Below are positions 23,891 through 37,620 of a DNA stretch of 64,000 nucleotides, piece after piece. The DNA comes from Ranitomeya imitator (lineage: Eukaryota): NCBI RefSeq assembly GCF_032444005.1, contig NC_091289.1, forward strand, positions 17,298,001-17,362,000, written 5' to 3'. The number at the start of each line of letters is the position of its first letter. The first letter of the stretch is position 1. The notes under the pieces are model-generated. The model was not told where the DNA came from. It searched no databases and saw only the letters and a program-made list of their open reading frames with translations. The position numbers and the translations under genes were made by a program.

Positions 23891-26800
23891 GGCCACAAAA
23901 TATGGAACTAATGGATTCAAAATAAGAAATCCTCTCTCACTGCAGCATGGAAAAAGGGTTTTGTCTGTGCATTCACCATCAATTTAAGTCTACGTAATTT
24001 CAGAACCACATAAACTATGCATCATGGATTGTTCCAGGGCTGTTAGCTTATATACCAGCTGCCTATGGAAGGAGACATGCAATATCCATGCGAACTAATT
24101 GCAGAGCAGCCATGCATAGGTCATTTGGATGTGTTTGGATTCACATGACTGGTCTGGTAACCCTGCAGAGCACTCACCCCCACCACACCGCCATAGGGAC
24201 GACTGCAGGAATATGGGAGAGGCTTGTATTATTGCACATCACTTTGAAAAGTCACAAAACAAAACTTTTAATCACATAACCATAGGTAGATCATCTCACA
24301 TGCACAGAAAAAAAATATCTAAAAAGGAGATAAAATCTATCGCTGCAGCTGATATCAGCATCCAATTACTGGTATAACATATATACAGTATATATCGCTT
24401 CGGCATTATTTTAGCCGCAAGGTTTAGGTTTTCGCATCCTTTAAGTAAGCAGGAAAGTCGAACTGGATGGACCTAGGTCTTTTTTCAACCTTTGTAACTA
24501 AAACCTGAAACTTAACTTTACCCTCTGCAAAAACAAGCAAACCAAAAAATAAAAAAAATCTAACTATTTTATCATATACACAAGCACATTTGTATAAGAT
24601 AAAATTCTGATACATTTATCATTAGGGTCAAATTTGTCGCAAATTTATCAACATGGTTCTCGCAACATTACAAAATTTGGTGCACTTCAGACTCTTTTGC
24701 ATTTGTGCCAATTTTTGGCGCAAGAAAAAAAAAAAAAAAAAATAGGTGCACTTTGCAATTTTGCCTCATTTTACAACACTTTTTGCAACCCACGCCATGT
24801 ATCACTCCTCTCCACGCACCAGTTTTAGTAACTGTAGGTCAAGTTCCGCCATGTTCTCCATTTCTCGGCAGTTTCATTAATTCTCCCACCACCGCTCTAC
24901 ATGTTCCAATATTTCTTAAGATTATTATTAATCCATCGTCCGCCATAAGGGACGACAGCTCCATCTTCAGCAGGTGCCGGTTATGACAAGCTGCGCCAAA
25001 GAAACACAGGTAGTGCTGAAAATTTAAAAAAAAAAAAAAAAAAAGGACCATGCCCAAGCTTTTAATTTTCCAGTTCAGTGCCACATCCAGGACTCCATCC
25101 CTCCCCAGCCTTTCCCCATGGAGCGGTGGCAGATAAGGTATTCAGACAGCAGCTGTTCCTGAATAGATGATAAGCAAGTCCAGCACCCTCCCCCATCTCC
25201 CAGCTCATTCACCACCCCATAACAATGGGAACAAAGGAATCTCATGCCTCCTTCTCCAACCTACCCATGATGGAGCATCTTTTTTTTTTTAATGCACAAC
25301 TCATTACCGAGTAGATTGGCATCTGTAAAAAGCCACGTGGTTTGGCCGCAGGGCACCCCAGTACTTTCCATTTGCCTGGCAATATCCGCAAGCCCCCCGG
25401 TTAACTAGTCGCAGAGTCTTATTAACCCCCAGTTACCTTGAAAGTGCACACATCTTTATTCAAACATCTACACTCAACCCCTGCCATGACCTTCAGCTTA
25501 GTAGACAATGCTCATCACAAATGCTGAGACCCAGCTGAGAAGATGGAATAGTAATGCGGGGGGATTGCATTCGTCCAGCATGAAGATGTCATTGGGATGA
25601 CACAATGGGACATTCCAGAAGAGGAGGCACCACCAAAAAAACTTCCATTGCTGTCCAAAGGGGCAGCCTGTTAACTCTATCCACCCTAGGATTTCTATCT
25701 ACAAGGTCCTTAGATTGTAGATCATTCATGAAGAAGTATCCAAAAAGGTTGAGGCTATGGTCAGCCAAGTCTCACGAGTGAAGGCCTTTGGCACGGGTGG
25801 ATTAGGCGAACATGGCTAGAAGAGCAATGCGGTTACATAAACCCTTCAGTCAATCAATCATTGGTCTTCGTTGACCCATTACTTGTATTGGTTGGGGGTC
25901 TGGGTGCGGGGATCTTCGCCTATCACACACAAAGGGGCAACTAAACGACTCTCCCGAGACATAAAAAAGACTGACATGCTAAAAGTTTTTGAAACTACTT
26001 TTCACTTACCAATCCGTTTGTGCCTGTTTCGAAAGAAAACTGACCCTCCCCCCCCTAAAAAAAAAAAAAAATGCAATTTACGCAAAAACTTTTCATTTAG
26101 GTAAAAGTTGAAAAATTAAGTGTGGTCACTTGGGGCATGGCCATAAGATGTTGGATTTATTAAGTCTCAAGTATGAAAAAAAAAAAGGAGCAAATCTACA
26201 CCTGGGGAGTCCAAATGTTTAAAAGGCGTGCATATTTTAATACATTTGGTGCAACGTACTCCAAAAAAAATTACTGGCGTCAGAAGCTTGGTGTATGGTG
26301 GCTGCTTCAGCCGCTTCACGTTTCTTAAACTTTTGATGTTTAGAATGGCTGATCAGGGGGGGATCCTCTGATGGGCACGGGTCCCGACATGGCAATGGTC
26401 CAACATAAAAGAATCACACTTGGGAGCAACTTTAGATCCAAACACATGATCCTGGGGTCTATTTCTCAGGTGATGATTCACAAATATTATAATAATATGA
26501 TCTCAGTCCCATACGTTCCTATCTCTGCTCTTAATTTTCCTATATTTTGTAGATCCATCACTCTTTAGTGACCTTCAGGTAGATCTATATAGCAGACCAA
26601 TGTTACAACATGACCTCTGTACACTACATCATAGTGATATATCATTCCATATTTCTCCCGGACCCGCAGACAAAGCCTTCATGCTAAGTGCTGGCCTCTA
26701 TTATGCAAAAGGTTCATTACATTTGTCAGCTACAGGGGTTAAAATGAATTGTTTGGGCTGTACATCAATAGTCTGCTTTCCACCACAACACACAAACAGC

Positions 26801-27619
26801 ACTTATTGACAGATCCCATTCCTCCGATCCGCTCCACGAATCAGGACAAAAAAAAGTCATCAAAAATACTCCAGTCCCCATTTTCTGCACCAAGAAGTAA
26901 AGAGGAAAGGTTCGTTTCTCCAGGAATAAATAAATAAATTGGAAAAATACAGATTGATTTATTGGTCTAAGATCTCCCAAGAGCAATTTCCCCCCAATGT
27001 ATATAATAGATCCCAGCCCCCTTACCTCTTATCACATTATATAAAAGAATTAAGTTGATGACCAATGAAATGTAATGTTACAGTAACTTGGTGGAAAATG
27101 TTGCTTCTCTCAGTGATTACTATGAATGACACCATCCCATGGGAAAAGGAACAGTCTTTACAATAGGTGGCACCGCAACCAACAGAAAAAACAACTAATC
27201 ATTACTCAAACTGGAAATAAGAAACTGATTCTACCATAAAGTATTCTGCAAAGTTCTTGGATAAACTGATGATCGTCAGGATGGATCCCGTCCAAATATA
27301 AAGACTGGATCATACAAATCATAACCACACATCACACAGATACAATTGTGTTTACACAGGAATAGTAAATATCAAACAGAGGAAGATACAGTTCTGTTAC
27401 ATTGTGTCACTGATGCTGGACTGAATTTGCACAACTTTTAAAGCTAAAAAATTGGGATTCGCTCCAATATCCAGTCCTTGTTGGTAGCACAAGGGTGCAA
27501 GAAGCTGAGATATAAGACGCTGTGTGCAGGATTCTGACACTGGAGAGTTTAGACAAGTGGAACATTAGTGATTGTAGTTTGGGGCATGGGTTTTACAAAG
27601 TAGATATTTATTATAATTA

Positions 27620-27845
27620 TTTACATAGGAGCATCATATTCCCCAGCACTTCACAGACATTATCGTCACTGCCCCCATCGGGGCTCACAATCTACATTCC
27701 CAATCAGTATGTTTTTGGAGTGTGGGAAGAAACCCATGAAAACAAAGGGGAGAACATGCAAACTCTCTGCAGATGTTTTCCTTGGCAGGATTTAAACCCA
27801 GGATCCCAGCGTTGCAAAGAAACAGTGCTAACCACTGAGCCACCG
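27620..27845 (-). mobile_element. tRNA-derived SINE (V-SINE-like), near full length
   Basis: Reverse complement has A box GGTGGCTCAGTGGTTAGCACTG, B-box-like GGGTTTAAATCC, body TGCATGTTCTCCC..TTCTTCCCACACTCCAAAAACATACTG and a LINE-like tail ending in TAA repeats. Confidence 0.85.
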
Positions 27846-28344
27846 GACAGTGCTAACCACTGAGCCACCGGACAGTGCTAACCACTGAGCCACCGGACAG
27901 TGCTAACCACCGAGCCACCGGACAGTGCTAACCACCGAGCCACCGTACAGTGCTAACCACCGAGCCACCGGACAGTGCTAACCACCGAGCCACCGTACAG
28001 TGCTAACCACCGAGCCACCGGACAGTGCTAACCACTGAGCCACCGGACAGTGCTAACCACTGAGCCACCGTACAGTGCTAACCACCGAGCCACCGTACAG
28101 TGCTAACCACTGAGCCACCGTACAGTGCTAACCACTGAGCCGCCATACAGTGCTAACCACCGAGCCACCGTACAGTGCTAACCACTGAGCCACCGTACAG
28201 TGCTAACCACTGAGCCACCGGACAGTGCTAACCACTGAGCCACCGGACAGTGCTAACCACCGAGCCACCGGACAGTGCTAACCACTGAGCCACCGGACAG
28301 TGCTAACCACTGAGCCACCATACAGTGCTAACCACCGAGCCACC
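27822..28344 (-). repeat. 25-bp tandem array, about 21 copies, built from the SINE head (GGTGGCTCAGTGGTTAGCACTGTCC)
   Basis: First unit is the 5' end of the adjoining SINE; period of 25. Confidence 0.95.
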
Positions 28345-28794
28345 CTGATGTGTTCAGTTTTTCTATCCCATCATCAGAATAGAAAGGGAGTTGGTTTTGA
28401 ACATGGCACCTAATGGACCCCATTGACTATAATGGGGTCCATCAGGTTTCTGTTATGGTACCGATAAATTTACTAGAAAAAAAAAAAAATAGCGTATTTG
28501 TTTAGAAAGGAATCTGCAACAAAGCCACCAGCACAGATGAAGTTAGGACCAGAGGATTGCTTTGCAGCCACATTCAGGGCAATTAATTTTCTGATTACAG
28601 ATGCAACTAAAGCCGCATCCCGATGCCAGTGATTTTTCTCATACACAGAAAAAAAAAAACGGAACAATTTTCATGAGTGTTTTGGATCAGATAAAAACGG
28701 ATTTGTGAAAAACGGACGTCTGAATGAACCTACTACTCCGCAAAGGAAATCATTAATGAACAAGAGCTTCTGCTGTGTTAGCACCCTGGCAAAC

Positions 28795-28872
28795 AGCGCC
28801 CCCTATCTCAGAGCCCCCTATCTCAGAGCCCCCTATCTCAGATCCCCCTATCCCAGCGCCCCCTTATCCCAG
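28795..28872. repeat. 15-bp repeat, about 5 copies (CCCTATCTCAGAGCC)
   Basis: Direct tandem copies. Confidence 0.85.
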
Positions 28873-29554
28873 CTTCCTAGACCCACCTGACTGTGACATG
28901 GGGTGAAGTGGGGAGTCACTAGAATAGGTGCAGGGGCTGCATTCACACCTTGGCCCTAGACGTTAGGGGGTCCCATAGGAAAAAAGGCTATTACCATCTG
29001 TGAAAGTTGGGGGCCCTGTGTCAAGTTATGGCACTGGCTGCAGTGACACCTGCATTCTAGGTGTATATATATATATATATATATATATAGGTGTATATAT
29101 CTCCCTAGAGGACGCGCCGTCTGCACAATGATGGAATGCCCCCTCTATAAATCAGGGAGGTTCAGCTTGGGACAATGACTGATAACCATATTAATATCCC
29201 TGCGAGATATCATCCATAACCACCGTCCGACTCTCGTTCATTATCTCTTCTCCAGACATTTCCTAATTTAATTTTTTTCGCCCCCTCCTGGGACTTTTTC
29301 TGAAAATTACAAAAAAATAAATAAAGTACTGAACTGTTTCAACCCCCTGATAACACAAAACCACTAACCAGCACCCCCCCAGGGACCATAGTGTCAGGCC
29401 ATGCACACACTTTACAGTGGGAATCCCAGCAGATTAACCCTTTCCTTCCCCCTACAGTCCCTATGTCACAAGTCTTCCGATTTCCCAGCCTGAGCTGATA
29501 ATTGGGCAGTGCAGCCCCCACTTCTCTGCACACTTGCAGGACCCTGCTGTGCTA

Positions 29555-29995
29555 CAGTGGGGGGCTGTGGGGACACCAGCTCTGCGGGGGGGGGGGGGGG
29601 GCTGTGGGAACACCAGCTCTGCGGTGGGGGGCTGTGGGGACACCAGCTCTGCGGGGGGGGGGGGGGGGGGGGGGGGGGGCTGTGGGGACACCAGCTCTGT
29701 AGTGGGGGGCTGTGAGGACACCAGCTCTGTAGTGGGGGGCTGTGGGGACACCAGCTCTGTAGTGGGGGGCTGTGGGGACACCAGCTCTGTAGTGGGGGGC
29801 TGTGGGGACACCAGCTCTGTAGTGGGGGGCTGTGAGGACACCAGCTCTGTAGTGGGGGGCTGTGGGGACACCAGCCCTGTAGTGGGGGGCTGTGGGGACA
29901 CCAGCTCCGTAGTGGGGGGCTGTCGGGACACCAGCCCTGTAGTGGGGGGCTGTCGGGACACCAGCTCTGTAGTGGGGGGCTGTGGGGACACCAGG
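29555..29995. repeat. G-rich 30-bp minisatellite, about 14 copies (TGTGGGGACACCAGCTCTGTAGTGGGGGGC) with long G homopolymers
   Basis: Period of 30; explains the Pro/Gly-rich ORFs at 29461-30151. Confidence 0.93.
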
Positions 29996-30059
29996 AGCTT
30001 TTCAGCACTGAAGCAGGAGAATACCCACAGGACAATCCCTGCCAGCAGCCTCCACTTAC

Positions 30060-30470
30060 CTGAGTGCCAGCCTCTCTCTATTAATCCATGGATGCCACTT
30101 ACAATCCCACTAATCACAATGCAGGGTCCAGCGACCACTCTGTGGATTTAACTCTTCACCAGCTGCTGGGCGCACGCTTTTCGGGCTCCTCACATCTCCC
30201 GGGTCCCCTGGTGGAGGTCTCCATGCTCCGGTCACTGGCTCTCCGCGCACTCCTGCATTTTATGGGATTCTTTGATCCTTCACGATTTCAAGCACTTTCC
30301 TCCTCTTGTGCTCTAATGCATCCAGAGCGTTTCCAGCCCCTGTCCAGAGTCCTGGGGGTCAGAGAGACTGTGCCTCGTCTCATCCCGTCCTCAGCAGCGC
30401 TCCGCCCGATCCCATGCTGCTCGCTCCACTCCCGATTTCAATCTGCCTCCGAACCGACGTCCCAAACTCA
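30060..30470 (-). other. Candidate first (non-coding) exon of a leftward transcript
   Basis: Consensus donor CAG|GTAAGT at 30060/30059 (second donor ATT|GTAAGT near 30102); CpG-rich; lies just downstream of a GC-box cluster; 5' boundary approximate. Confidence 0.5.
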
Positions 30471-30600
30471 ACGGCCGGAATCCACGCCCCCGGACACGCC
30501 CCCGGACACGCCCCCGCCGCTCTGCAGCTACAGCCAGCGCTGGGAAATCTGCATAGCCACGCCCGAATATTTGCCTCCCTCGTAGCCACTCCCCTTGAAA
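30440..30600 (-). promoter_or_regulatory. CpG-rich promoter-like region with SP/KLF GC boxes
   Basis: CCACGCCCCC, two ACACGCCCCC, CCCCCGCCGC and GCCACGCCC within 30481-30565, plus CCGGAA (ETS-like) at about 30475. Confidence 0.6.
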
Positions 30601-33600
30601 GCCTCAAACACCAGAGACCTGCGAAGACCAAAGAGCAAAGTCACCTCCAGTCTAAAGACTGACATACACCCTGCAGGGCTGCTCCTGCCCTGACCCTAGT
30701 GGGCTCCAGAGGAGGTAGTATAGCACTTATCATCTTGTACATAGGAGCAGTATTATAGTAGTTATAGTCTTGTACATAGGGGCAGTATTATAGTAGTTAT
30801 AGTCTTGTACATAGGAGCAGTATTATAGTAGTTGTATTCTTGTACATAGGAGCAGTATTATAGCAGTTATATTCTTGTACATAGGGGACAGTATTATAGT
30901 AGTTATATTCTTGTACATAGGAGCAGTATTATAGTAGTTATAGTCTTGTACATAGGGGCAGTATTATAGTAGTTATAGTCTTGTACATAGGAGCAGTATT
31001 ATAGTAGTTATAGTCTTGTACATAGGGGACAGTATTATAGTAGTTATAGTCTTGTACATAGGAGCAGTAATATAGTAGTTATATTCTTGTACATAGGAGC
31101 AGTATTATAGTAGTTATAGTCTTGTACATAGGGGACAGTATTATAGTAGTTATATTCTTGTACATAGGAGCAGTATTATAGTAGTTATATTCTTGTACAT
31201 AGGGGGAGGTATTATAGTAGTTATATTCTTGTACATAGGGGCAGCATTATAGTAGTTATAGTCTTGTACATAGGAGCAGTATTATAGTAGTTATATTCTT
31301 GTACATAGGGGACAGTATTATAGTAGTTATATTCTTGTACATAGGAGCAGTATTATAGTAGTTATATTCTTGTACATAGGGGACAGTATTATAGTAGTTA
31401 TATTCTTCTACATAGGGGCAGTATTATAGTAGTTATATTCTTGTACATAGGAGCAGTATTATAGTAGTTATATTCTTGTACATAGGAGCAGTATTATAGT
31501 AGTTATATTCTTGTACATAGGGGCAGTATTATAGTAGTTATATTCTTGTACATAGGGGCAGTATTATAGTAGTTATATTCTTGTACATAGGAGCAGTATT
31601 ATAGTAGTTATATTCTTGTACATAGGGGCAGTATTATAGTAGTTATATTCTTGTACATAGTGGCAGTATTATAGTAGTTATATTCTTGTACATAGGAGCA
31701 GTATTATAGTAGTTATATTCTTGTATATAGGGGCAGTATTATAGTAGTTATATTCTTGTACATAGGAGCAGTATTATAGTAGTTATATTCTTGTACATAG
31801 GGGCAGTATTATAGTAGTTATATTCTTGTACATAGGGGCAGTATTATAGTAGTTATATTCTTGTACATAGGGGCAGTATTATAGTAGTTATATTCTTGTA
31901 CATAGGAGCAGTATTATAGTAGTTATATCCTTGTATATAGGGGCAGTATTATAGTAGTTATATTCTTGTACATAGGGGCAGTATTATAGTAGTTATATTC
32001 TTGTACATAGGAGCAGTATTATAGTAGTTATATTCTTGTACATAGGGGCAGTATTATAGTAGTTATATTCTTGTACATAGGGGCAGTATTATAGTAGTTA
32101 TATTCTTGTACATAGGAGCAGTATTATAGTAGTTATATTCTTGTACAAAGGGGCAGTATTATAGTAGTTATATTCTTGTACATAGGAGCAGTATTATAGT
32201 AGTTATATTCTTGTACATAGGAGCAGTATTATAGTAGTTATATTCTTGTACATAGGAGCAGTATTATAGTAGTTATATTCTTGTACATAGGGGCAGTATT
32301 ATAGTAGTTATATTCTTGTACATAGGAGCAGTATTATAGTAGTTATATTCTTGTATATAGGAGCAGTATTATAGTAGTTATATTCTTGTACATAGGGGCA
32401 GTATTATAGTAGTTATATTCTTGTACATAGGAGCAGTATTATAGTAGTTATATTCTTGTATATAGGGGCAGTATTATAGTAGTTATATTCTTGTACATAG
32501 GAGCAGTATTATAGTAGTTATATTCTTGTACATAGGAGCAGTATTATAGTAGTTATATTCTTGTACATAGGAGCAGTAGTATAGTAGTTATATTCTTGTA
32601 CATAGGGGCAGTATTATAGTAGTTATATTCTTGTACATAGGAGCAGTATTATAGTAGTTATATTCTTGTACATAGGGGCAGTATTATAGTAGTTATATTC
32701 TTGTACATAGGGGCAGTATTATAGTAGTTATATTCTTGTACATAGGGGCAGTATTATAGTAGTTATATTCTTGTACATAGGGGCAGTATTATAGTAGTTA
32801 TATTCTTGTACATAGGGGCAGTATTATAGTAGTTATATTCTTGTACATAGGAGCAGTATTATAGTAGTTATATTCTTGTACATAGGGGCAGTATTATAGT
32901 AGTTATATTCTTGTACATAGGGGCAGTATTATAGTAGTTATATTCTTGTACATAGGGGCAGTATTATAGTAGTTATATTCTTGTATATAGGAGCAGTATT
33001 ATAGTAGTTATATTCTTGTACATAGGGGCAGTATTATAGTAGTTATATTCTTGTACATAGGAGCAGTATTATAGTAGTTATATTCTTGTACATAGGAGCA
33101 GTATTATAGTAGTTATATTCTTGTACATAGGAGCAGTATTATAGTAGTTATATTCTTGTACATAGGAGCAGTATTATAGTAGTTATATTCTTGTACATAG
33201 GAGCAGTATTATAGTAGTTATATTCTTGTACATAGGGGCAGTATTATAGTAGTTATATTCTTGTACATAGGAGCAGTATTATAGTAGTTATATTCTTGTA
33301 CATAGGGGCAGTATTATAGTAGCTATATTCTTGTACATAGGAGCAGTATTATAGCAGTTATATTCTTGTACATAGGGGCAGTATTATAGTAGTTATATTC
33401 CTGTACATAGGGGCAGTATTATAGTAGTTATATTCTTGTACATAGGAGCAGTATTATAGTAGTTATATTCTTGTACATCGGGGCAGTATTATAGTAGTTA
33501 TATTGTACATAGGAGCAGTATTATAGTAGTTATATTCTTGTACATAGGAGCAGTATTATAGTAGTTATATTCTTGTACATAGGAGCAGTATTATAGTAGT

Positions 33601-35040
33601 TATATTCTTGTACATAGGGGCAGTATTATAGTAGTTATATTCTTGTACATAGGAGCAGTATTATAGCAGTTATATTCTTGTACATAGGAGCAGTATTATA
33701 GTAGTTATATTCTTGTACATAGGAGCAGTATTATAGTAGTTATATTCTTGTACATAGGGGCAGTATTATAGTAGTTATATTCTTGTACATAGGAGCAGTA
33801 TTATAGTAGTTATATTCTTGTACATAGGGGCAGTATTATAGTAGTTATATTCTTGTATATAGGGGCAGTATTATAGCAGTTATATTCTTGTACATAGGAG
33901 CAGTATTATAGCAGTTATATTCTTGTACATAGGAGCAGTATTATAGTAGTTATATTCTTGTACATAGGAGCAGTATTATAGTAGTTATATTCTTGTACAT
34001 AGGAGCAGTATTATAGTAGTTATATTCTTGTACATAGGGGCAGTATTATAGTAGTTATATTCTTGTACATAGGAGCAGTATTATAGTAGTTATATTCTTG
34101 TACATAGGGGCAGTATTATAGTAGTTATATTCTTGTATATAGGGGGCAGTATTATAGTAGTTATATTCTTGTACATAGGGGCAGTATTATAGTAGTTATA
34201 TTCTTGCACATAGGGAGCAGTATTATAGTAGTTATATTCTTGTACATAGGGGGCAGTATTATAGTAGCTATATTCTTGTACATAGGAGCAGTATTATAGC
34301 AGTTATATTCTTGTACATAGGGGCAGTATTATAGTAGTTATATTCTTGTACATAGGAGCAGTATTATAGCAGTTATATTCTTGTACATAGGAGCAGTATT
34401 ATAGTAGTTATATTCTTGTACATAGGAGCAGTATTATAGTAGTTATATTCTTGTACATAGGGGCAGTATTATAGTAGTTATATTCTTGTACATAGGAGCA
34501 GTATTATAGTAGTTATATTCTTGTACATAGGGGCAGTATTATAGTAGTTATATTCTTGTATATAGGGGGCAGTATTATAGTAGTTATATTCTTGTACATA
34601 GGGGCAGTATTATAGTAGTTATATTCTTGTATATAGGGGGCAGTATTATAGTAGTTATATTCTTGTACATAGGGGCAGTATTATAGTAGTTATATTCTTG
34701 TACATAGGAGCAGTATTATAGTAGTTATATTCTTGTACATAGGGGCAGTATTATAGTAGTTATATTCTTGTATATAGGGGGCAGTATTATAGTAGTTATA
34801 TTCTTGTACATAGGGGCAGTATTATAGTAGTTATATTCTTGTATATAGGGGCAGTATTATAGTAGTTATATTCTTGTACATAGGGGCAGTATTATAGTAG
34901 TTATATTCTTGTATATATGGGGCAGTATTATAGTAGTTATATTCTTGTACATAGGGGCAGTATTACAGTAGTTATATTCTTGTACATAGGGGCAGTATTA
35001 TAGTAGTTATATTCTTGTACATAGGAGCAGTATTATAGTA

Positions 35041-36074
35041 TGTAAGTGGGTTAGTAACTGGCTTAGTGATAGAAAGCAGAGGGTGGTTATAAATGGTATA
35101 GTCTCTAACTGGGTCGCTGTGACCAGTGGGGTACCGCAGGGGTCGGTATTGGGACCTGTTCTCTTCAACATATTCATTAATGATCTGGTAGAAGGTTTAC
35201 ACAGTAAAATATTGATATTTGCAGATGATACAAAACTATGTAAAGCAGTTAATACAAGAGAAGATAGTATTCTGCTACAGATGGATCTGGATAAGTTGGA
35301 AACATGGGCTGAAAGGTGGCAGATGAGGTTTAACAATGATAAATGTAAGGTTATACACATGGGAAGAAGGAATCAATATCACCATTACACACTGAACGGG
35401 AAACCACTGGGTAAATGCCAGGCAGCAGCTGCCAAGGCAAACAGGATCGTGGGGTGCATTAAAAGAGGTCTGGATACACATGATGAGAGCATTATACTGC
35501 CTCTGTACAAATCCCTAGTTAGACCGCACATGGAGTACTGTGTCCAGTTTTGGGCACCGGTGCTCAGGAAGGATATAATGGAACTAGAGAGAGTACAAAG
35601 GAGGGCAACAAAATTAATAAAGGGGATGGGAGAACTACAATACCCAGATAGATTAGCGAAATTAGGATTATTTAGTCTAGAAAAAAAGACGACTGAGGGG
35701 CGATCTAATAACCATGTATAAGTATATAAGGGGACAATACAAATATCTCGCTGAGGATCTGTTTATACCAAGGAAGGTGACGGGCACAAGGGGGCATTCT
35801 TTGCGTCTGGAGGAGAGAAGGTTTTTCCACCAACATAGAAGAGGATTCTTTACTGTTAGGGCAGTGAGAATCTGGAATTGTTTGCCTGAGGAGGTGGTGA
35901 TGGCGAACTCAGTCGAGGGGTTCAAGAGAGGCCTGGATGTCTTCCTGGAGTAGAACAATATTGTATCATACAATTACTAGGTTCTGTAGAAGGACGTAGA
36001 TCTGGGGATTTATTATGATGGAATATAGGCTGAACTGGATGGACAAATTTCTTTTTTCGGCCTTACTATGTTAC
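35041..36074 (+). mobile_element. CR1 LINE 3' fragment (RT C-terminus, 3' UTR, TTACTATG tail), TSD TAGTA
   Basis: VPQGSVLGPVLFNIFINDL..FADDTKL motifs; relative to the copy at 40157 it has a 60-bp in-frame deletion, a +1 A frameshift and a CAG>TAG change. Confidence 0.97.
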
Positions 36075-36857
36075 TAGTAGTTATATTCTTGTACATAGGG
36101 GCAGTATTATAGTAGTTATATTCTTGTACATAGGGGCAGTATTATAGTAGTTATATTCTTGTACATAGGGGCAGTATTATAGTAGTTATATTCTTGTACA
36201 TAGGAGCAGTATTATAGTAGTTATATTCTTGTACATAGGGGGCAGTATTATAATAGTTATATTATTGTACATAGGAGCAGTATTATAGTAGTTATATTCT
36301 TGTACATAGGAGCAGTATTATAGTAGTTATGTTCTTGTACATAGGAGCAGTATTATAGTAGTTATATTCTTATACATAGGGGCAGTATTATAGTAGTTAT
36401 ATTCTTGTACATAGGGGCAGTAGTATAGTAGTTATATTCTTGTACATAGGGGCAGTAGTATAGAAATTATATTCTTGTACATAGGGGCAGTATTATAGTA
36501 GTTATATTCTTGTACATAGGGGGCAGTATTATAGTAGTTATATTCTTGTACACAGGGGCAGTAGTATAGTAGTTATAGTATTGTACACAGTAGCAGTATT
36601 ATAGTAGTTATATTCTTGTACACAGGGGCAGTAGTATAGTAGTTATATTCTTGTACACAGGGGCAGTAGTATAGTAGTTATATTCTTGTACATAGGGGCA
36701 GTATTATAGTAGTTATATTCTTGTACATAGGGGGCAGTATTATAGTAGTTATATTATTGTACATAGGGGCAGTAGTATAGTAGTTATATTCTTGTACACA
36801 GGGGCAGTAGTATAGTAGTTATATTCTTGTACATAGGGGCAGTATTATAGTAGTTAT

Positions 36858-37620
36858 TGTTATGATCTGGTGGCCTTGGAGCAGCATGAGACGGACTCTG
36901 GAGTAGGTGGCACCTGTACTGACCGCAAATCCTGAACCTAGCAGCGCAACTAGAAGTAGCCGTGGGGGGTACCTAACACTCCCTAGACCCCTCGACACAG
37001 CCTAAGAAACTAACTACCCCTAAAGACAGAAACAGGAAACCTATCTTGCCTCAGAGAAAATCCCCAAAGGACAGACAGCCCCCACAAATATTGACTGTGA
37101 GAGGAGAGGGAAAAAACATACGCAGACATGAAATCAGGATTTAGCATAGGAGGCCATACTAGCTAAATAGAAAGAATAGAACAGAGTACTATGCGGTCAG
37201 TATTAAAACACTAGAAAATATCCACCACAGAAAATACAAAACACCACATCTGACTAAAGACATGGGGGGTATATCTGCATCTCCAGAGACACAGCAAGGC
37301 TGCAAAAAAATACTTCACAGACAAAGCTGGACAAGACAAAACATGGAAATGCACAGAACTATAAGGTCCACAGCAGGTGGACAGCAAAAACAAAGCCAGG
37401 ACTTATCTTTGAAGAACAGCACAGCGAACAGGAGAGACCAGAAGGGATGTGAATCCGCCAAAAACAATGGACAACTGGCAGGGACTAAAGAGTCCTGCAA
37501 AGCTATATACCCCAGTCAGTTTTGCAATTAGTAGATACACCTGTCCAATCCTGCAGTCCAGGCACGACTGCATTACCCTCTACAACCACCGGAGGGAGCC
37601 CAAAAGCTGAATTCACAACA
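36858..37620 (-). mobile_element. Solo LTR (763 bp) with 6-bp TSD AGTTAT
   Basis: TGTTATGA...TCACAACA termini; homologous to the reverse complement of 63016-63836 (shared CTTGCCTCAGAGAAA.TCCCCAAAGGA). Confidence 0.92.

Noticed and set aside
3072-26715. Scattered small plus-strand AG...GT segments with open frames (about 3072, 11527, 12752, 13735, 26675)
   Set aside because: Such short matches are expected by chance; no coherent gene model or homology
27822-28344. CRISPR-like array or tRNA gene cluster
   Set aside because: No unique spacers, and units hold only the tRNA-like A-box/D-arm, not a full cloverleaf
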